From Escherichia phage vB_EcoM-E33: a stretch of DNA of 64,000 nt. The stretch is taken from the sequence record OL780484.1; one strand, written 5' to 3'. Below, piece by piece: positions 25,775-35,726 of this stretch (position 1 is its first letter; each line of letters starts with the position of its first letter). A program made the translations under genes and the position numbers. The notes beneath the pieces were generated by a model. The model ran no database searches. It was not told the DNA's origin and worked only from the letters and a program-made list of their open reading frames with translations.

Positions 25775-26797
25775 ATGAAAATTTTGAATATAGGTGATTT
25801 GCATATCGGAGTAAAAGCCGATGACCCTTGGATTCAGGAAATCCAGCTTAACGGTATTAAACAGGCTGTAGAATATTCTAAAGCAAACAATATTGATACA
25901 TGGATTCAATATGGTGATTGGTTCGATGTACGCAAGGCTATCACCCATAAATGTATGGAATTTAATCGTGGTCTGGTGGAAATTATCAGCGATGCAGGTA
26001 TTAAAGTCCATGTTATAATTGGTAACCATGATGCAACGTTTAAAAATAGCATAACTCCTAATGCGGTTTCTGAACTTCTTACTCAGTATGAAAATTTTAC
26101 TGTTTACGAGAAACCTACTACGGTTAATTTTGATGGCACCGAAATTGATTTGATTCCATGGATGTGTGAAGAAAACACGACCGATATCATGGACCATATC
26201 AAAAATACTACAGCAGATTTCTGCATTGGCCACTGGGAATTAAATGGTTTCTATTTCTATAAAGGAATGAAATCACATGGTTTAGAACCTGATTTCCTTA
26301 AGAAGTATAAGCAAGTATGGTCTGGTCACTTCCACACCATTTCTGATGCAGCAAACGTCAAGTATATTGGTACGCCATGGACCCTGACTGCAGGTGATGA
26401 GAACGACCCTCGTGGCTTCTGGATTTTCGATACAGAAACCCATAAAATGGATTTCATCATCAATGAAACTTGTTGGCACCGTAAGATTCATTATCCAAAC
26501 GCGACTATCGATTACAAAGATTTTACAAATATCGCAGTTCGTGTTATAGTCGATAAAATTGATGACGGTCTTACTAAGTTCGAATCAGAGCTTGAAAAGG
26601 TTGTCCACTCTTTACGTATCGTGTCTAAGGTAGATAACAGTGTTGATATCGATGATTCTGAAGAGGAAGATGAAGTTAAGTCCCTCTTGGATATAATGTA
26701 TGATTATATCGATGCCCTTCCTGATGGCCACACTGAAGACGATGTTAAAGCCCTTAAGACTATGGCCGCACAACTTTATAATGAGGTTACACGATGA
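25775..26797 (+). CDS. 47: recombination endonuclease subunit gp47 (Mre11-like)
   Basis: 340 aa; calcineurin-like phosphoesterase motifs GDLH, GNHD; followed by gp46 as in T4. Confidence 0.85.
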   Translation: MKILNIGDLHIGVKADDPWIQEIQLNGIKQAVEYSKANNIDTWIQYGDWFDVRKAITHKCMEFNRGLVEIISDAGIKVHVIIGNHDATFKNSITPNAVSELLTQYENFTVYEKPTTVNFDGTEIDLIPWMCEENTTDIMDHIKNTTADFCIGHWELNGFYFYKGMKSHGLEPDFLKKYKQVWSGHFHTISDAANVKYIGTPWTLTAGDENDPRGFWIFDTETHKMDFIINETCWHRKIHYPNATIDYKDFTNIAVRVIVDKIDDGLTKFESELEKVVHSLRIVSKVDNSVDIDDSEEEDEVKSLLDIMYDYIDALPDGHTEDDVKALKTMAAQLYNEVTR

Positions 26798-27057
26798 CTT
26801 TAGATGAATTCAAAAAATCAGGCCTTGAACTAGAACACGACTGCATCGTTATTGATGACGATAACCAAACGAATATCATTAAGTTCTGGTTTGAAGCCGT
26901 GAGCACTCGCGATACCAACGAGCTTATTAAAGTTTATGTTGCTACTGATTGGGCTGTAGAATTTAGCTTTAATGTAATGGTAGATGATACTCCAGAAACA
27001 TTAATTCATATGGCTGAATCATGCATCAAGGATGCTTATAATGACGAAAATGTATAA
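26794..27057 (+). CDS. hypothetical acidic protein
   Basis: 87-aa ORF. Confidence 0.45.
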   Translation: MTLDEFKKSGLELEHDCIVIDDDNQTNIIKFWFEAVSTRDTNELIKVYVATDWAVEFSFNVMVDDTPETLIHMAESCIKDAYNDENV

Positions 27058-27256
27058 ACATGATTTTCATATTGGCGATGGCTGGTTCGGTAATGTAGAA
27101 TGGGACGTGGATGGTTCTTGGTATACCGGAACTATGTATGTCACTTCTGGATATTCTGAAGGTGTTTCATGGGCCATGGAACTTGACGACGTGTTTGCTT
27201 CTTCCGAAGAAATGCTAGAATATGCCGAACAAACAATTCGTGAGAACAATACATGA
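27041..27256 (+). CDS. hypothetical acidic protein
   Basis: 71 aa; start at ATG 27041 after AAGGA. Confidence 0.4.
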   Translation: MTKMYKHDFHIGDGWFGNVEWDVDGSWYTGTMYVTSGYSEGVSWAMELDDVFASSEEMLEYAEQTIRENNT

Positions 27257-28935
27257 AGACTTTTAAGTTAAAGAAAGTAACGTATAAAAATATCATGTCA
27301 GTAGGCCAGCAACCTATTACAATCCAACTTGATAAGGTCCAAAAGACCTTAGTCACCGGTAAAAACGGCGCTGGTAAATCTACGTTCCTTGAAGCCGTTA
27401 CATTTGCTCTGTTCGGTAAGCCTTTTCGTGATGTTAAGAAAGGGCAGTTGATTAACTCAAGTAATAAGAAAGACCTTTTGGTCGAACTGTGGATGGAATA
27501 TGATGGCAAAGAATACTATATCAAGCGCGGGCAAAAACCCAATATTTTTGAAATCTCTTGTGGCGGTGAACGTCTTGATGAATCTGCCAGCAGTAAAGAC
27601 TTCCAAGCAGAATTTGAACAGCTTATCGGAATGTCATATACCAGTTTCAAACAGATTGTCGTACTTGGTACAGCAGGGTATACCCCTTTCATGGGTTTGT
27701 CGACCCCTGCGCGCCGAAAGCTTGTGGAAGACCTCTTAGAGGTTTCTGTATTAGCGGATATGGATAAGTTGAACAAATCTTTGATTCGTGAGACTAATAG
27801 CCAAATCCAAGTAATCGACGTTAAGCAGGATTCTATTACCCAACAGATTAAAATTTATAATGACAACGAAGAACGTCAGCGTAAATTATCCGGCGAGAAC
27901 GCAGCACGTCTACAAGTAATGTATGACGAGCTAGTTAAAGAAGCCAGGACTGCGAAGGGCAATATAGAAAAACTAACTGATGAATTACTCAATGTCATCG
28001 TCGATGATGACCCTAGCAACTCTATGAGTGACCTGAGCAATAAAGGATTTGCAATCAAGAATGATATGGCAACCTTTACTAAGGTCGTGAAATTATACGA
28101 AACTGGCGGTAGCTGTCCTACGTGTATGCAAGGGTTAGAAGAGCATGGGAACATCCTTACTAAAATTAAGGACAAGAACTTTGAACTTCAAAAATCTTTG
28201 GATAAGATTAATGAGCAGTACCAAGAACTCAAGCTCATTAAGGACCAAGTAACCGAACAACGTAATAAAGCGCTGGCTATTAAATCTCAGATAGCTACTC
28301 ATAAGCAACAAGCCATTACTGCCGTAGAGAAAGCTAAAAAAGTTAAAGTATTAATAGACCAAGCCGCTGCTGAGTTCGTAAGTAATGCCGAAGAGATTGC
28401 CACGCTTCAAGCAGAGCTTGATAAAATCGTCTCTACCAAATCGTCCTTAGTAATGGAAAAATATCATCGTGGAATTCTGACAGAAATGTTGAAGGATACC
28501 GGTATTAAAGGTTCCATTATTAAGAAATACATTCCTATCTTTAATAAGCAGATAAATTCTTATTTGAAGATTATGGAAGCCGACTACGTCTTTACCCTAG
28601 ACGAAGAATTCAATGAGACGATTAAATCACGTGGACGTGAAGACTTTAGTTATGCTTCATTTTCACAGGGTGAGAAAGCACGTATTGATATCGCACTACT
28701 TTTTACCTGGCGTGATATTGCTTCAAAGGTATCCGGTGTTAATATCAGCACATTAATTCTTGATGAAGTTTTTGACAGTGCTACTGACGCCGAGGGTGTT
28801 AAGAGCATTGCAACCATCTTGAATAGCCTTGAAGATACGAACGTGTTCATTATCTCTCACCGAGACCATGACCCACAAGCTTATGGCCAACATCTTCAAA
28901 TGAAGAAAGTTGGACGATTCACGGTGATGGAATGA
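27253..28935 (+). CDS. 46: recombination endonuclease subunit gp46 (Rad50/SbcC-like ATPase)
   Basis: 560 aa; Walker A GKNGAGKST, central coiled coil and zinc hook CPTC, C-terminal LILDEVFD. Confidence 0.9.
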   Translation: MKTFKLKKVTYKNIMSVGQQPITIQLDKVQKTLVTGKNGAGKSTFLEAVTFALFGKPFRDVKKGQLINSSNKKDLLVELWMEYDGKEYYIKRGQKPNIFEISCGGERLDESASSKDFQAEFEQLIGMSYTSFKQIVVLGTAGYTPFMGLSTPARRKLVEDLLEVSVLADMDKLNKSLIRETNSQIQVIDVKQDSITQQIKIYNDNEERQRKLSGENAARLQVMYDELVKEARTAKGNIEKLTDELLNVIVDDDPSNSMSDLSNKGFAIKNDMATFTKVVKLYETGGSCPTCMQGLEEHGNILTKIKDKNFELQKSLDKINEQYQELKLIKDQVTEQRNKALAIKSQIATHKQQAITAVEKAKKVKVLIDQAAAEFVSNAEEIATLQAELDKIVSTKSSLVMEKYHRGILTEMLKDTGIKGSIIKKYIPIFNKQINSYLKIMEADYVFTLDEEFNETIKSRGREDFSYASFSQGEKARIDIALLFTWRDIASKVSGVNISTLILDEVFDSATDAEGVKSIATILNSLEDTNVFIISHRDHDPQAYGQHLQMKKVGRFTVME

Positions 28936-29123
28936 GTGATTTTATAACAGGCCAGCATTTGTTGGCCGTTCCTGAACTAAAGCGGTATGTTTTAGTTAAC
29001 AACTTCTCTGGAGACGAACATCTTGTTACTGAAGATTATCTCCGAAATGCTTTTAAGTCAGAGTATGATAGAATCATGTCGAACAGGAACCCTGCCTGGT
29101 TCGTTTATGAATACTTTGATTAA
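28932..29123 (+). CDS. hypothetical protein
   Basis: 63-aa ORF. Confidence 0.45.
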   Translation: MSDFITGQHLLAVPELKRYVLVNNFSGDEHLVTEDYLRNAFKSEYDRIMSNRNPAWFVYEYFD

Positions 29124-29131
29124 ACGTTAAG

Positions 29132-29155
29132 TGCTTTAAAATATTGATTTATAAT
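29132..29155 (+). promoter_or_regulatory. MotA-type middle promoter (TGCTTTA-11-TATAAT)
   Basis: Mot box 29132-29138, -10 29150-29155. Confidence 0.5.
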
Positions 29156-29185
29156 ACATCTACCAACCAAATGAGAGAAAATATT

Positions 29186-29599
29186 ATGTTTGCTAACGCT
29201 ATTACTGTTAAAGATATCCAAGTTAAAACCATTCGTACTGACTCCAACCCACACAATCAAAACCGTATCCGTAAATCATGGGTACTGAATATTGATACCG
29301 ACTCTGCACGTCGTCTGCAGTCTCTTCCACAAGAAACTAAGTTCATGCTCTACGGTATCATTGATAACGACGTATCTGATAAGTGGGTAGAAATTATGCG
29401 TCGCCATTATAATGATTCATTGGCCGCAGGTGCTAAACTGGTTATCGACCGTGATGGTTCTGAACGTCTCGAAGATGATTATTGCGTAGATTTTGACGAA
29501 CAACTGCTTGAAGCCGGTGCTATTGTTGCTTCCCAGATTCCAGAGTATATTGAATCTCTGCCTGAATCCATTCGTAAACAAATGATCGTTATTGCTTAA
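29186..29599 (+). CDS. RpbA-like protein (RNA polymerase binding), by position
   Basis: 137 aa between 46 and 45 as T4 rpbA; start at ATG 29186 downstream of the middle promoter. Confidence 0.4.
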   Translation: MFANAITVKDIQVKTIRTDSNPHNQNRIRKSWVLNIDTDSARRLQSLPQETKFMLYGIIDNDVSDKWVEIMRRHYNDSLAAGAKLVIDRDGSERLEDDYCVDFDEQLLEAGAIVASQIPEYIESLPESIRKQMIVIA

Positions 29600-29623
29600 T
29601 TTTTGACTTGATAAGGAAACATT

Positions 29624-30322
29624 ATGAAATTCTCTAAAGAAACTCTGAACATTCTGAAAAACTTCTCCAGTATTAACCCAGGTATCATGCTTAAGCCTGG
29701 TAACACTATTCTAACTCGTTCAGTAACGGGTGCAAGTTATGGTGAAGCTACTGTAAGTGATACCTTTGATATCGAAGCCGCAATCTATGATTTGAACGGC
29801 TTCTTAAGTATTCTGTCATTGGTATCTGATAGTGCTGAAGTTTCGGTAAGTGAAGACCAAACCACTCTAATTATTAAAGACCAACGTTCAACTATTAAGT
29901 GGCCTATTGCCGACCCAAGTACAATTGCATTCCCAAGCAAAGCTATTCCGTTCCCGGTGGCTGAAGTTATTTTTGACCTTAAAGCCGAAGATTACCAACA
30001 GTTGATGCGTGTGTCCTCTGGACTGAGTATTGACACATTTGCTATTACTGTAGACAATGGTAAAATTGTAATCAATGGCTACAAACAAGTTGATGATAAG
30101 GACCTGGCACGTCCATTGTATTCCTTAGTGGTTGCAGACCATGATGGCCCTGAATTCAAATTCATTATCAACAAAACTAATATGAAAATGATGCCTGCCG
30201 ATTACCATGTACTGTTATGGGCTCGTGGTGAAGGTCAGGACGCTCGTTTCGCAGCCAAGTTTGAAGGTTCACAAGCTTCTTATGTATTGGCTATGGAAGC
30301 AGGCTCAAGCCACTCGTTCTAA
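29624..30322 (+). CDS. 45: sliding clamp gp45
   Basis: 232 aa; colinear match to remembered T4 gp45 (KNFxxINxGIMLKxG..., FNFIINxxNMKMxP). Confidence 0.95.
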   Translation: MKFSKETLNILKNFSSINPGIMLKPGNTILTRSVTGASYGEATVSDTFDIEAAIYDLNGFLSILSLVSDSAEVSVSEDQTTLIIKDQRSTIKWPIADPSTIAFPSKAIPFPVAEVIFDLKAEDYQQLMRVSSGLSIDTFAITVDNGKIVINGYKQVDDKDLARPLYSLVVADHDGPEFKFIINKTNMKMMPADYHVLLWARGEGQDARFAAKFEGSQASYVLAMEAGSSHSF

Positions 30323-30328
30323 AGCATA

Positions 30329-30346
30329 GGGAGGAATATTCCTCCC
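30329..30346 (+). terminator. palindromic hairpin GGGAGGAAT/ATTCCTCCC (terminator-like, weak T-tract) followed by GGAGTATAATG
   Basis: 18-bp perfect palindrome after gp45 stop; TATAAT at 30353-30358. Confidence 0.4.
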
Positions 30347-30384
30347 TTGGAGTATAATGTAAAAACAAACCTGAGGAAATTAAT

Positions 30385-31344
30385 ATGCTTACAGTAAACA
30401 ATAATGAATTCATGTTCGAACAGAAATATCGTCCAGGTACTTTATCTGAGTGTATTCTGCCTGCGCATGATAAAGAAACCCTCCAAGCCATTGTTAATAA
30501 GGGCCTAATCCCTAACATTATCCTAGTCTCTGCTTCACCAGGCACAGGTAAAACTACCGTAGCTAAAGCATTGTGTGCTGATACAAATTCAGACATGTTG
30601 TTTGTTAACGGTTCTGACTGCCGTATTGATTTCGTTCGTAATGAACTTACTCGTTTTGCATCTTCCAAATCTATCGAAGGTAAACGTAAGGTAATTGTTA
30701 TCGACGAATTCGACCGCGCCGGTGTTGCTGAAGCTCAACGTCACCTTCGTTCGTTCTTAGAAGCCTATTCCTCAAACTGTTCTGTAATTATTACAGCAAA
30801 CAATATTGATGGTATTATCGGTCCACTTCAATCCCGTTGTCGTGTTATTAAATTTGGTGAAGCCACTCCGGCCGACCAAACATCCATGATGAAAGAAATG
30901 ATTCATCGTGCTGTAGCAATCTGTAAAAACGAAAATATCGAAGTCGAAGACCTTAAAGTTATTGCTGCCTTAGTTAAACAAAACTTTCCTGACTTCCGTA
31001 AAACAGTTAACCAACTAGACCGTTACTCATCCAGTGGTAAAATCGATACAGGCATTTTGAGTATTGTAATGAATACCAATTCGCCTATTGATGAAGTAGT
31101 GGCTGCACTTAAAGATAAAAACTTTAAAGAACTCCGTGCATTAGCTCCACGCCATGTCAATGACTATTCCAACTTTATTATGTCACTGGCTAACGAACTC
31201 TATGGTAAATTGCCTGGGCCAAGCATTGTTAGAATGTATGAAATTGTCGGTGAAAATAACCAATACCACGGTATTGCGGCTAACCCAGAAATTCACATGA
31301 CTTATCTGTTCATCCAACTTGCTCTGGAGCTCCAATGGCTATAA
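30385..31344 (+). CDS. 44: clamp loader large subunit gp44
   Basis: 319 aa; AAA+ motifs SPGTGKTT, VIVIDEFD. Confidence 0.95.
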   Translation: MLTVNNNEFMFEQKYRPGTLSECILPAHDKETLQAIVNKGLIPNIILVSASPGTGKTTVAKALCADTNSDMLFVNGSDCRIDFVRNELTRFASSKSIEGKRKVIVIDEFDRAGVAEAQRHLRSFLEAYSSNCSVIITANNIDGIIGPLQSRCRVIKFGEATPADQTSMMKEMIHRAVAICKNENIEVEDLKVIAALVKQNFPDFRKTVNQLDRYSSSGKIDTGILSIVMNTNSPIDEVVAALKDKNFKELRALAPRHVNDYSNFIMSLANELYGKLPGPSIVRMYEIVGENNQYHGIAANPEIHMTYLFIQLALELQWL

Positions 31345-31907
31345 GTCTTTTTGATGATGACGTTGAACTGAACGAACATGAAGTTGCTTGGAAATCACGT
31401 AACGACGCTGCAATTCAAGCCTTGGCCGATTCATTTAAAGAAAAGGCTGAAAACGAACTGTTCGCCATTATGAATGATATCACATATGGTAAGAACCAAC
31501 GTAACTTGGCTCAGTCGGAAAACTACAATCAATTTTGGCTCGATAATAGTTTGAGCCAACATGTGGATTGTATTATGCAGGCTGCAATGGTTAACTGTCT
31601 GAAACTTGATGACCAAAGTCATTTCAACTATCTTTTACACGCTGTTCCTAAGGGTAAGAGGTTTGGTAAATGGGCTAAGGCCCATGATGATGAAGTTAGT
31701 GTAGTTTTTATTACTCGTTTATTGATGAAATACCATTCAATTAATAATGATGACGCTTATCGTTATCTCGAGACTTATAAAATTAAAGGCCATCTTCCTG
31801 CAGTGCTTAAGAAGATGAAAGGGTTGGTTACGGACGAATTCCTGAAATCCGTAACTAAAAATGTTAAAGAACAAAAAGACTTGAAAAAGAAAGCATTGGA
31901 ATGGTAA
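31335..31907 (+). CDS. 62: clamp loader small subunit gp62
   Basis: 190 aa; position between 44 and regA. Confidence 0.85.
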   Translation: MAISLFDDDVELNEHEVAWKSRNDAAIQALADSFKEKAENELFAIMNDITYGKNQRNLAQSENYNQFWLDNSLSQHVDCIMQAAMVNCLKLDDQSHFNYLLHAVPKGKRFGKWAKAHDDEVSVVFITRLLMKYHSINNDDAYRYLETYKIKGHLPAVLKKMKGLVTDEFLKSVTKNVKEQKDLKKKALEW

Positions 31908-31913
31908 ATTAAA

Positions 31914-32276
31914 ATGATTGAAATTACTCTGAAACAACCTGAAGACTTCTTGAAAGTGAAAGAGACCCTAACTCGTATGGGTATCGCTAATAATAAAGAA
32001 AAGAAACTATATCAATCCTGCCACATTCTGCAAAAGCAAGGGCTATACTATATCGTCCACTTTAAAGAGATGTTGCGTATGGATGGCCGCCAAGTTGATA
32101 TCGATGGTGAAGACTACCAACGTCGTGATTCAATTGCCCAGCTTCTTAAGGAGTGGGGACTGATTGATATAGTAGACGACTCTGAGCTGTTCGAAATCAC
32201 TAATAATTTCCGTGTCATTTCCTTTAAGCAGAAAAATGACTGGGAACTACTGTCTAAGTATACCATTGGTAATTAA
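31914..32276 (+). CDS. regA: translational repressor RegA
   Basis: 120 aa; MIEITLKxPEDFLKVKETLTRMGIANNK...YYIVHFKEMLRMDGRQV matches remembered T4 RegA. Confidence 0.9.
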   Translation: MIEITLKQPEDFLKVKETLTRMGIANNKEKKLYQSCHILQKQGLYYIVHFKEMLRMDGRQVDIDGEDYQRRDSIAQLLKEWGLIDIVDDSELFEITNNFRVISFKQKNDWELLSKYTIGN

Positions 32277-32277
32277 T

Positions 32278-32493
32278 ATGATTCTTGAAATTGAAACGTG
32301 TGAACGTCTTAAAGAGGTATACGGACTTTCTCCAACTCAAACGATTTTTGACCTTTCCGAAGAGCTCCAAATAGAATTTCAAAAGGACCTCCAAAAGTTA
32401 CTACATCCTGGCCAGCAAGTCTTCCAGGCTATGATTAAAACTAAAGACGAAGATGGTAATTCAACTATTAAACGTCAGACAATAGAAATTTAA
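32278..32493 (+). CDS. hypothetical protein
   Basis: 71 aa from ATG 32278, one nt after regA stop. Confidence 0.35.
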   Translation: MILEIETCERLKEVYGLSPTQTIFDLSEELQIEFQKDLQKLLHPGQQVFQAMIKTKDEDGNSTIKRQTIEI

Positions 32494-32498
32494 GCAAA

Positions 32499-32516
32499 GG
32501 GACTTCGGTCCCTTTT
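32499..32516 (+). terminator. hairpin GGGAC-ttcg-GTCCC + T4 followed by GGAGTATAATG
   Basis: Stem-loop and T-run; same downstream motif as 30347-30359. Confidence 0.5.
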
Positions 32517-32574
32517 GGAGTATAATGATTCATCAACAAACAAAAGACAATCACTCGTCTATAAAGGAAATGAA

Positions 32575-35286
32575 ATGCAAGAATTCTATTTGACAGTCGA
32601 ACAAATCGGTGATAATATTCTCGAACGTTACATCGATAAAAATGGTAACGAACGTAGTCGTGAAGTTCCTTACAAGCCTACAATGTTTATGCATGCTAAT
32701 CCAGAGCAAGCCGTAAAATACATTGATATCTATGGTAAGGGTTGTGTTAAGAAAGAATTCGACTCTATGCGTGATGCATCCCAATGGATGAAACGTATGG
32801 ACGATATGGGTCTCGAAGCCCTGGGTATGGACGACTATAAATTAGCCTATTTGTCTGATACCTATCGTAAAGAAATCAGATATGATTCTTCTAAGATTCG
32901 TATTGCTAACTTCGACATCGAGGTAACATCTCCTGATGGATTCCCTGAACCAGCTCAGGCTAAACATCCTATCGATGCCATTACCCACTACGACTCGATT
33001 GACGATAAATTCTATGTATTCGACCTTTTAGTTTCGCCTTATGGTACTGTCGAAGAGTGGTCGATTAAAATCGCTGAGAAACTCCAAGACGAAGGCGGTG
33101 ACGAAGTTCCACAAGAAATCATTGACAAAATCGTTTATCTTCCGTTTAATTCTGAAGAAGAAATGATGCTTGAGTACTTGAATTTCTGGCAACAGAAAAC
33201 TCCTGTGATTTTGACTGGATGGAACGTTGAGTCGTTTGACGTACCGTACGTTTATAACCGTCTGAAAAATCTGTTCGGTGAGAACACTGCTAAGCGATTA
33301 AGCCCACATCGTAAAACTCGTGTTAAAGTTATTGAGAACATGTACGGGGCTCGTGAAATCATTACATTGTTCGGTATCTCTGTTCTGGATTATATCGACC
33401 TCTATAAAAAATTCAGCTTCACCAACCAGCCTTCTTATTCTCTGGATTATGTTTCTGAATATGAATTGAAAGTAGGTAAGTTGAAATATGATGGCCCAAT
33501 CTCCAAGTTACGTGAGACGAACCACCAACGATATATTTCCTATAACATTATCGACGTATATCGTGTAGTGCAGATTGATATGAAGCGTCAGTTCATTCTT
33601 CTGAGTTTGGACATGGGTTATTATGCCAAGATGCAGATTCAGTCGGTGTTCAGCCCAATTAAGACTTGGGACGCTATTATCTTTAATAGCCTTAAAGAAC
33701 AAGGCAAGGTAATTCCACAAGCTCGCTCACACGTGGTCCAACCTTATCCTGGTGCTTTCGTTAAGGAACCGATTCCTAACGCTTACAAATATGTAATGAG
33801 TTTCGACCTTACATCTCTGTATCCGAGTATCATTCGACAAGTGAATATAAGCCCAGAGACCATCGCAGGGACATTCGCTAACGCACCGATACATGAATAT
33901 ATTGCCGGAACTGCTCAGCGTCCTAGCGACACCTACAGTTGCTCTCCTAACGGCATGATGTACTATAAAGACCGTGAAGGTGTGATTCCGACAGAAATCA
34001 CCAAGGTATTCTTGCAGCGTAAAGAACATAAAGGTTACATGCTTGCAGCTCAACGTAATGGTGAGTTAATTAAAGAAGCATTGGAAAATCCTAATCTCTC
34101 AGTTGATAGTCCACTGGATATCGATTATCGTTTTGACTTCTCTGACGAAATCAAAGCCAAGATTAAAGCACTGTCAGCGCCTTCTTTAAGAGAAATGTTG
34201 AAGAAAGCCGAGCTCACTGAAGTTGCAGGTAACACTGCTCAGATTAACCGTAAGTTGCTTATCAACTCCCTTTATGGTGCACTTGGTAACGTATGGTTCC
34301 GTTACTATGACCTCAGGAACGCAACTGCAATCACATTGTTTGGTCAAATGGCCCTCCAATGGATTGAACGTAAGGTTAACGAATATCTGAATAGCGTGTG
34401 TAAGACTGAAAACCAGAAGTTCGTGCTCTACGGTGATACTGACTCCATTTATGTTAAGGCAGATGCAATCATCAATAAAGTAGGCGAAGATAAATTCCGT
34501 GATACTAACCACTGGGTCGACTTCTTAGATAAATTTGCACGTGAACGTATGGAACCAGCTATTGATGCAGGCTTCCGTGAGATGTGCGAATACATGAACA
34601 ACAAACAACACTTGATGTTCATGGACCGAGAAGCTATCGCAGGTCCTCCACTTGGTTCTAAAGGCCTTGGTGGATTCTGGACAGGCAAGAAACGTTATGC
34701 ACTTAACGTTTGGGACATGGAAGGTACTCGTTATGCTGAACCACACTTGAAAATCATGGGTCTCGAAACTCAGAAATCAAGTACACCTAAAGCAGTTCAG
34801 AAAGCTCTGAAGGAATGTATCCGTCGTATGCTTCAGGAAGGCGAGGCATCTTTGCAAGAATATTTCAAACAGTTTAATAAGGAATTTAACGAACTCGATT
34901 ATGTAAGCATTGCAGCAGTATCCAGTGCTAACAACATCGAGAAATATAATGAAGGTGGATTCCCGGGTTCTAAATGTCCATACCACATCAAAGGTTGCTT
35001 AGCTTACATGCGTGCTTCTGCAGGTGATTTGACTATGCCTCGTATCGTTGATGGTGAAAAGGTATATGTACTGCCACTTAAAGAAGGCAACCCGTTCGGT
35101 GAAGCTTGTATGGCATGGCCGTCAGGTATTGAACTTCCGGTTCAGATTCGTGACCAAGTCCTCCGTTGGATGGACTACAACGTACTGTTCCAAAAGACCT
35201 TTATCAAACCTCTGACCGGTTTTACTGAGTCTGCTAAAATCGACTACGAGAAAAAAGCAACATTATTTGATATGTTCGACTTTTAA
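32575..35286 (+). CDS. 43: DNA polymerase gp43 (family B)
   Basis: Start at MQEFYLTVEQIG; exo motifs FDIE, polymerase motifs DxxSLYPSI and YGDTDS; long colinear match to remembered T4/RB69 gp43. Confidence 0.95.
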   Translation: MQEFYLTVEQIGDNILERYIDKNGNERSREVPYKPTMFMHANPEQAVKYIDIYGKGCVKKEFDSMRDASQWMKRMDDMGLEALGMDDYKLAYLSDTYRKEIRYDSSKIRIANFDIEVTSPDGFPEPAQAKHPIDAITHYDSIDDKFYVFDLLVSPYGTVEEWSIKIAEKLQDEGGDEVPQEIIDKIVYLPFNSEEEMMLEYLNFWQQKTPVILTGWNVESFDVPYVYNRLKNLFGENTAKRLSPHRKTRVKVIENMYGAREIITLFGISVLDYIDLYKKFSFTNQPSYSLDYVSEYELKVGKLKYDGPISKLRETNHQRYISYNIIDVYRVVQIDMKRQFILLSLDMGYYAKMQIQSVFSPIKTWDAIIFNSLKEQGKVIPQARSHVVQPYPGAFVKEPIPNAYKYVMSFDLTSLYPSIIRQVNISPETIAGTFANAPIHEYIAGTAQRPSDTYSCSPNGMMYYKDREGVIPTEITKVFLQRKEHKGYMLAAQRNGELIKEALENPNLSVDSPLDIDYRFDFSDEIKAKIKALSAPSLREMLKKAELTEVAGNTAQINRKLLINSLYGALGNVWFRYYDLRNATAITLFGQMALQWIERKVNEYLNSVCKTENQKFVLYGDTDSIYVKADAIINKVGEDKFRDTNHWVDFLDKFARERMEPAIDAGFREMCEYMNNKQHLMFMDREAIAGPPLGSKGLGGFWTGKKRYALNVWDMEGTRYAEPHLKIMGLETQKSSTPKAVQKALKECIRRMLQEGEASLQEYFKQFNKEFNELDYVSIAAVSSANNIEKYNEGGFPGSKCPYHIKGCLAYMRASAGDLTMPRIVDGEKVYVLPLKEGNPFGEACMAWPSGIELPVQIRDQVLRWMDYNVLFQKTFIKPLTGFTESAKIDYEKKATLFDMFDF

Positions 35287-35288
35287 GT

Positions 35289-35318
35289 GTTTACATACCA
35301 CAAGGAACGTGGTAGTAT
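35289..35318 (+). promoter_or_regulatory. early promoter (GTTTAC ... TG-n-TAGTAT)
   Basis: -35 35289-35294, -10 35313-35318. Confidence 0.5.
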
Positions 35319-35348
35319 CCTTCCTATCAACTACATGAGGAAATTACA

Positions 35349-35585
35349 ATGGAAGCTTTAATCGTTAGTGCTGGTGTTTTAGGATTCGGTTCTCTGGTTA
35401 TTATGTTCATCGGTTACTTTTTACCATGGATTCTGGCTCTTCTGCGAGGCACTCGTAGTAATGTAGGAATTTTCTTCCTTAATCTCCTGTTAGGCTGGAC
35501 GATGATTGGTTGGGTAGTGGCTTTAATCTGGGCTATCGTCGCTGAACGTAAATCAAACGCACAAATCATTATTGTTAAACAATGA
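35349..35585 (+). CDS. small two-helix membrane protein (Imm-like by position)
   Basis: 78 aa, two hydrophobic helices; T4 imm/imm.1 follow gene 43. Confidence 0.4.
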   Translation: MEALIVSAGVLGFGSLVIMFIGYFLPWILALLRGTRSNVGIFFLNLLLGWTMIGWVVALIWAIVAERKSNAQIIIVKQ

Positions 35586-35719
35586 AAATAATTGTTTTAT
35601 TTCTTATAATGGCTGCCTTTACCGTTTATTGGGCAGTGGCAATTCCGCCAATGATTCCGACACTCATCATTGGATGGATTATTCTTATAGCACAAATTAA
35701 GTATAACTGTTTTAATTGA
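35582..35719 (+). CDS. small membrane peptide (45 aa)
   Basis: ATG overlapping upstream TGA; hydrophobic; not in ORF track. Confidence 0.3.
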   Translation: MKIIVLFLIMAAFTVYWAVAIPPMIPTLIIGWIILIAQIKYNCFN

Positions 35720-35726
35720 GGATATT

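Noticed and set aside
32515-32574. N-terminal 20-aa extension of the DNA polymerase ORF (MEYNDSSTNKRQSLVYKGNE)
   Set aside because: T4/RB69 gp43 starts at M(K/Q)EFY; the ATG at 32575 has an AAGGAAA SD, and the extension overlaps the upstream terminator/promoter element.
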